This document shows positions 54,801 through 64,000 of a DNA stretch of 64,000 nucleotides, in pieces; positions within the stretch are counted from its first letter, which is position 1, and the number at the start of each line of letters is the position of its first letter. Origin of the DNA: Amoebidium appalachense (Eukaryota; Protista; Ichthyosporea). The stretch is from NCBI GenBank assembly GCA_963693365.1, contig CAVNZM010000011.1, forward strand, positions 7,925,937 to 7,989,936, read 5' to 3'. The notes beneath the pieces were generated by a model. It did not search any database. It was not told the DNA's origin and saw only the letters and a list, made by a program, of their open reading frames with translations. Both the position numbers and the translations under genes were made by a program.

Positions 54801-57800
54801 TGAAGTTGTATGTGAAGATATGTGCCTGTGTTTCTCTCATACCCATACCACACAGGGTGGATATCGGTATTACGGGGCAGGACATCATAGCCGAGAAGCA
54901 GGTGCAGGTAGACGAGCTGCTGCAGCTGGGGTAGGCAACGCCCCTAGTATCTGCTACAATGATGGTGCTATTGGCCTGTACTTGGTTGCATGCTTGGGGT
55001 GTGTGTGTTGAAAGCGGGCGGCCAGGAGAGGGACGAGGGTGGGGGGACAGGGTTCAGGGAGGGTGGGGGGGGGGGGGGGGGGGGGGGGGACATGGGAGGC
55101 TGCGGTATGCAGAGGGGTCAGTGTAACACGTCATCGACGAAAAGACGGTAAGTTCGAGAGGCAGCAACAGAACTGAGGCTGAGGCAGGCACCCTGTCTGT
55201 CTATGTGTCTGTGTGTTTGTTGTGCACACGAGTGTATGTGCTCGTGGGTGAGATTGGGCGGGGGAAAGTGGGTGCATGTGGTGTGTGTGTGTGGGGGGGG
55301 GGGGGGGGGGGGGAGCCTGGGAGGGGGAGGAGGGCCGGTGGGGGGGGGGGGGGGGGGGGAAGAAGGCACCTGCACAGGCCGCGAGTTTTGGTTTGGGCTG
55401 TATGCATCTGTAGGGGTGGGGGACACAAAGTCTGAGGTGTGTGCTGCAGGTATGGCAAGTGCCGGCTGTGTGTGCAGGCGCCGGTCAGGCTGATGGATGA
55501 CGGCACAATCAAGGACCCCAAGGACCTGTGCGGTGGGTGGCCTGGCTTCTGGGGGGGAAGAGGGGATTGGAAAGGGGGGTGGCTAGCTGCCATGCCTTTT
55601 TTCTCTGCCGTGTGTGTATGGGAGGGCGTGGGCGGTGGGTAGCTGGTGATGTTTTTGGCCTAGTTGGCTTTGTATCCCCTTGCCGTCTGTGTGTTTTTCT
55701 CTCTCACTCACCCTCTGTGTCTCTGTGTGTGTGGGTGTGTGTGTTTTTTTGGGGGGGGGGAGCGGGGGGAGGAAGCTGGAGTGGTTCTAGAGCGCCAGGA
55801 GGCTGGTTGGACCCACATGAGCTGTATGGCAGGGGTTTAGGAGGTGTGGGGAAGGAGAACGGGGGGGGGGGAGAGGAAGGTGAGGCTCTGTTGGGATCAA
55901 GGGGTAGTAGAAAGAAATACGTGGGTTGATCGACATGCTAAAGGTTACACAGCCCGAACTGTGCATCTGAAGGACTTGGTGGGTAGGAGGCACAAGGTTG
56001 TGGGGGTGTATGGGGTTCTGGCCGTCGGGGGGGAAGGGTTGGGGGGGGGGCGGGAATGGGGGGGGGGGGGGTTGGCGGGAGGGGACATTCAGATAAGGTG
56101 AAGGTGGGGGGGGGGGTTGAGGTCGGGTGTGGGTGAAAGGCAATGATTCAGTGAGCAAAAAACGTCAGCAGGAGTGGCCTGTATATTTTTTGTCTGCGCT
56201 GGTGTGTATATGGGGGCTGGGGCATGGTAACGGGATGGTTGGGCGATGTTGTGCCTTAGGCCTGAATGGCCAGGCATGGTATACGTGTTGACCATGGTGC
56301 TTGGGGGGTGCAGGCAAGCGCATTGTGACGTCATTCCCCCACCTTGCCGGGGAGTTCTTCAAGCAGCTGTGCCCCGAGAAGGAGACAAAGATCAATGTCG
56401 TCTCGGGGTCAGTCGAGGCCGCATGTGCACTGGGCCTGGCTGATGCCATCGGTGCGTGCGTGCCCTGCTTGCAGGGGGGTTGGGGGGAGGAGAGGGGAGG
56501 AGGCGTGGGGGAAGTATTTGTTGGGCCTATGGGGTGGAGGAGAAGGGAGAGGGCGGCATCTGCTGGTTTCATGGGGGGGGGTTTCATTGAATGTTGGGGG
56601 AGGAGGATTGGCTGGTCTCATTGGGTGGGAAAGGGATTTGCTGGACTCGTGTGGTGTGTGGGGGGGGGGGGGGGGGGGGGGGGGGGGGAGCTGATCTCAT
56701 GTGTTTGTGATGTTTGGGGGGGGGGGGGGTTGAGGGGTGGGCGATGGAATTGGCTGGTGCCAATAATGTGCAGGGAGGAGGTTGGATTGGGTGGTTTCAA
56801 CTAGTTGGGAAGATTGGGTGGTTTCAACTAGTTGGGAAGATTGGGTGGTTTCAACTGGTTGGGGAGATTGGGTGGTTTCAACTAGTTGGGGAGGTTGGGT
56901 GGTTTCAACTAGTTGGGGAGATTGGGTGGTTTCAACTGGTTGGGGAGATTGGGTGGTTTCAACTGGTTGGGGAGATTGGGTGGTTTCATTGGGGGTGAGG
57001 GGGTGGTGGAGGGATCGGCTGATTCACGGAGGGGGGAGGGTGGGGGTAGTAGCTGGTTCTCCATAAGGGAAAAGGGGGGGGGGGGGGGGGAAGGGGAGGA
57101 GGGGATGGAGGTGGAGGGGGGGAGAATGGCAGTGGCTGGTTTCATGTGGTGGGGGGCGGGGGGGGTTTCATGTGGTGGGGAGGTATGGGCCAGGGGGGGA
57201 GGGGGGGAGACTGGCTAGTCATGTGGGTAGGGGGAATCAGCTGGATTCAGGTTTGGGGGGGGGGGCGGGGGGCGGGGGATCAGCTGGCCTTGTGCAGTTG
57301 CATGGGAGGGGAGGGTGGGTTCTAGGAGGTTAGCCACGATGGGGTGGGGTGGGAGTAGTTTGTCTTTTTTGGGGGGGGGGGGGGGTGTTGTGGGCAATGT
57401 TGAAGACCTCAGAGGCATCCAACTGACTGGCATGGTGCGCAGTGGACCTTGTGGAGACGGGGGACACCATGCGGGCTGCAGGCCTGGACGTGGTTGCTGA
57501 CGTCATGGCCACAGAGGCCGTGCTGATCGGCAACCCAAACAGCGCACACAAGGTGGGGGGCATTGGATGGCTGGGGGAGACTGGGGGGTAGGCAGGAGGG
57601 ACGGGCAGTGGGGTGGGATGGGTGTGGCCAGACAAGCAGGCTGGACACACATGCAGGTGGAAATGTACGCACCGCACGGGCACACATACACACACACACA
57701 CACAGGGATCCACACACAGGCACCCACGTGCTTACATGTATCCACATCTTAACGCCCGTGTACAAACACACACACACACACACACACCTCTAACAGCCTT

Positions 57801-58054
57801 GCACACATACACACACAAACACACAACTACGTGCATACACACACACATACACATACGTGCCCGTGGCGGCACACACACGCACACACACACACACACACGC
57901 ACACACAGGCATCAACATGCATGCATCCACGTCCGTGCATGTATCCACCGCTTAACACACACACACAGACACACACACACACACACGAACACGTGCACGC
58001 CTCTAACACCCTTGTACGTATACACATCTGCGTGCATGCGGGCATGCGCGCGCA

Positions 58055-58093
<39 letters not shown>

Positions 58094-58256
58094 GCACCAA
58101 TACACAGGCATCCACGTACTGACATGTATCCACTTCTTAACCCCCACGTACACAAGCGCACATACACACATAAGCACCCACACACACACGCACACACATA
58201 ACCCACCTGCACACACACACAAAAACACAGTCACACAATCACGTCCACATACACTT

Positions 58257-58314
<58 letters not shown>

Positions 58315-59306
58315 TCACATACAGATACACTCACATACACACACACCACACACACACACACACATACATACATACATGTACGCACACACACACACACACA
58401 CACAGGACCTGATCAAGACCATCACCACCCGGTGCCAGGGTGTGGCCAATGCCGACCGCTACGTGCTGATCGAATACAACATCCCAAGAGACAAGCTTGC
58501 AGCAGCCACACAGATCACACGGGGCAAGCAGTCACCCACCATACAGGCACTCGAAAACCCGGACTGGGTGGCTGTCAAGACCCTCGAGAAGAAGGGCGTA
58601 AGTGCATGAACGTGGGGGAGGGGGGAAGGGGAGGGAGATGGGGGGGAGGGGGGTTGCATGGGGGGCTTGGATAAGAAGGGCATGTTAAAAGGGGGAGGGG
58701 AAAGGGGGGGGGGGGGGGGGGGAAGGGGGTAGGGAGACAGGGATTGATGGTGAGAGATTAGGGAGGCCGTAAGAAGATGCAAGGTTTCATGGCAAGGCAT
58801 AGCTGGCCTGCTGGGTGCCTGGGGGTTGTGTGTGTGCATGGCTGGGCGTGTGTGTGCATGGCTGGGCGTGTATGTGCATGGCTGGGCGTGTATGTGCATG
58901 GCTGGGCGTGTATGTGCATGGCTGGGCATGTATGTGCATGGCTGGGCATGTATGTGCATGGCTGGGCATGTATGTGCATGGCTGGGCATGTATGTGCATG
59001 GCTGGGCGTGTATGTGCATGGCTGGGCGTGTATGTGCATGGCTGGGCGTGTATGTGCATGTATGTGCATTGCTGGGCGTGTATGTGCGTGTATGTGCGTG
59101 GCTGCGCATGTATGTGCGTGGCTGCGCATGTATGTGCATGTATGTGCTTGGCTGCGCATGTATGTGCATGGCTGCGCATGTATGTGCATGGCTGCGCATG
59201 TATGCTGATCTTACCTTTGCAGAACATCAACGAGATCATGGACACACTGCTGACCCTTGGTGCGCAAGACATCCTGGTCTACGAGCTGCTCAACACACGG
59301 GTCTAA
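54050..59306 (+). CDS. HIS1: ATP phosphoribosyltransferase (long form), 8 exons
   Basis: [12 protein letters not shown] / [16 protein letters not shown] / VDIGITGQD / [11 protein letters not shown] / [24 protein letters not shown] / [15 protein letters not shown] / [13 protein letters not shown] / [18 protein letters not shown]. Exons start at ~54050, 54388, 54856, 55450, 56314, 57443, 58406 and 59223, all GT-AG. Confidence 0.97.
56785..56990. repeat. 27-bp intronic tandem repeat (~8 copies)
   Basis: GATTGGGTGGTTTCAACT(A/G)GTTGGGGA. Confidence 0.9.
58830..59205. repeat. 20-bp intronic tandem repeat
   Basis: GGCTGGGC(G/A)TGTATGTGCAT, running up to the branch/acceptor of the last HIS1 exon. 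Confidence 0.9.
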
Positions 59307-60269
59307 CACTAGTCCTAAGGGCCACACCGTGCTGGCACTGGGTGGCTACATGTGGTTAAGGGGGCAGGCGGCGGCACAGGTGGCCCACGCACTGACACCA
59401 CCCTAACTTGTTATGATAGTACATAGCCCGTAGGGCTTTTTATTAGGGGGTTCTGGGTCGGGTCAGACTCGAATGGTTTTATGCAATGTGATTGTGATGC
59501 CCGCCTACTTGACCCGAAAGGTTCTATGAATCTGATTTGAAAGAAAGCAACTCCTTTTATGGCTGGTGTATGTGTGCGCATGAATCCTCCCACAATTCAC
59601 TCGGCAAGACCAGACATGCCGGAGTAGTTTCTTACCTATATAATTTGTTGGACATCATATCCCAAGCGGCGGGGCCGGCGGGAAGCTAGGCAGTGCAGCC
59701 GATTTGCACACTACAACATACCCCACCATATGGTGTGCTTTTGGGGGCACACCTTGCACAGTGGCCATGGCTGTACCCAGAGAAAGACTGCCACCCCATG
59801 CATGCAGAGGCACCCACACACACACACAGACTGACCACCACTTCCGACATGTTGGGCCATGTGGCAGTGCAGCATGGCATCAATACACATGTATTCTACA
59901 CAGTTGCAAATCATGTACTGCAGGTGCATGCAACACATGTACACACGAGACACCGGGGCATACCCACACAAGACCCCGGTACACACACCTGCTGCAGTCA
60001 CACACAACCGGTTACATGTGCATGTACTGTAACAGACTGTGTCTCGGACCTGCACATCTCGAGTGATCACGATCACACATGTACAGAACACAGACCTCCG
60101 TGACTCCCTACCACCCACAACGTTCCACTGACCACCGTACATGTCGAAACACAAGCAGCCCCCACCCTAGGCCCCCACCGGCCACGCGATCTATACACAG
60201 ACATGAACAGCTGCACCTAATTAGGGCGCTGTGACCCATGCCGGCCCGGCCATGCTGCAGTCCACCCAG

Positions 60270-60630
60270 CCCCCATGCACCCAAGACCACACATACGGCC
60301 CATGCATCCAAGACCACACATATGGCCCATGCACCCAAGACCACACATATGGCCCATGCACCTAATAAGGCCACACATATGGCCCATGCACCTAATAAGA
60401 CCACATACATGTATGGCCCATGCACCTAATAAGACCACATACATATATGGCCCATGCACCTAATAAGACCACATACATGTATGGCCCATGCACCTAATAA
60501 GACCACAAATATATGGCCCATGCACCTAATAAGACCACATACATATATGGCCCATGCACCTAATAAGACCACATACATGTATGGCCCATGCACCTAATAA
60601 GACCACAAATATATGGCCCATGTACCTAAG
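60270..60630. repeat. ~30-34-bp tandem repeat between HIS1 and RPN1
   Basis: GGCCCATGCACCTAATAAGACCACATACATGTAT, ~11 copies. Confidence 0.9.
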
Positions 60631-60719
60631 GCTCTGCCATGCCCAACTGCCACAGGCCGAGTTCTGTGCCACTTCACTGTACATGTCTGGGCCACACAGC
60701 ATTTGCCCTCCCCCCCCCC

Positions 60720-60750
<31 letters not shown>

Positions 60751-61057
60751 ACACACACCACCACCAACCAAAAAACCCACCAAACCACCATCAGCAGCAC
60801 TAAATCAAGCACCACCACAATCACGCGCTCGCATGGGCACACACACACCCGCACACACCCACACCCACACCTATTACCCACTTGCACGTACACACGCTAC
60901 GCACACACGCACACACGCAAATACACACGCACGTCTACACTCAGCACAACACGCCAGTCACACAGCCCAACCTGTTCACATGTGCCTGCCCAGGGCCCAG
61001 CCCTCTGCAGTGTTTTATGTCACATGGTGGCAGCCAGCTGCCGGTGCAAATGTATTG

Positions 61058-61088
<31 letters not shown>

Positions 61089-61155
61089 ACCCCCACCCCC
61101 CACCCCAACCCCACCCCCACCCCCCCATTCGAAAGAACATACGGGACACAAGGCT

Positions 61156-64000
<2,845 letters not shown>

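Overview
Eukaryotic genomic window with two sharply different halves. 1-33 kb is a nested transposon block: tyrosine-recombinase (DIRS/Ngaro-type) retroelement fragments and a miniature split-direct-repeat element, an intact piggyBac-like transposase preceded by an unknown spliced ORF and a ~183-bp tandem array, a spliced Kolobok/Mutator-like transposase pseudogene, Gypsy pol debris, and three non-autonomous LTR elements, each with a 5-bp TSD. 34-64 kb holds four intron-rich host genes: an SNX13-like sorting nexin (-), ALG3 (-), HIS1 (+) and the 3' part of RPN1/PSMD2 (-). Their introns are filled with microsatellites, G/C homopolymers and tandem repeats that copy the splice junctions themselves. 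HIS1 together with an SNX13-type nexin suggests a non-metazoan opisthokont, possibly a unicellular holozoan (inference). The strongest candidates for new biology are a gag-only LTR element whose primer site matches the 5' end of tRNA-Ala, the satellite/cargo/piggyBac unit, and the recurring AG|GT splice-junction arrays. All calls were made by eye with no database searches; exon coordinates are approximate.
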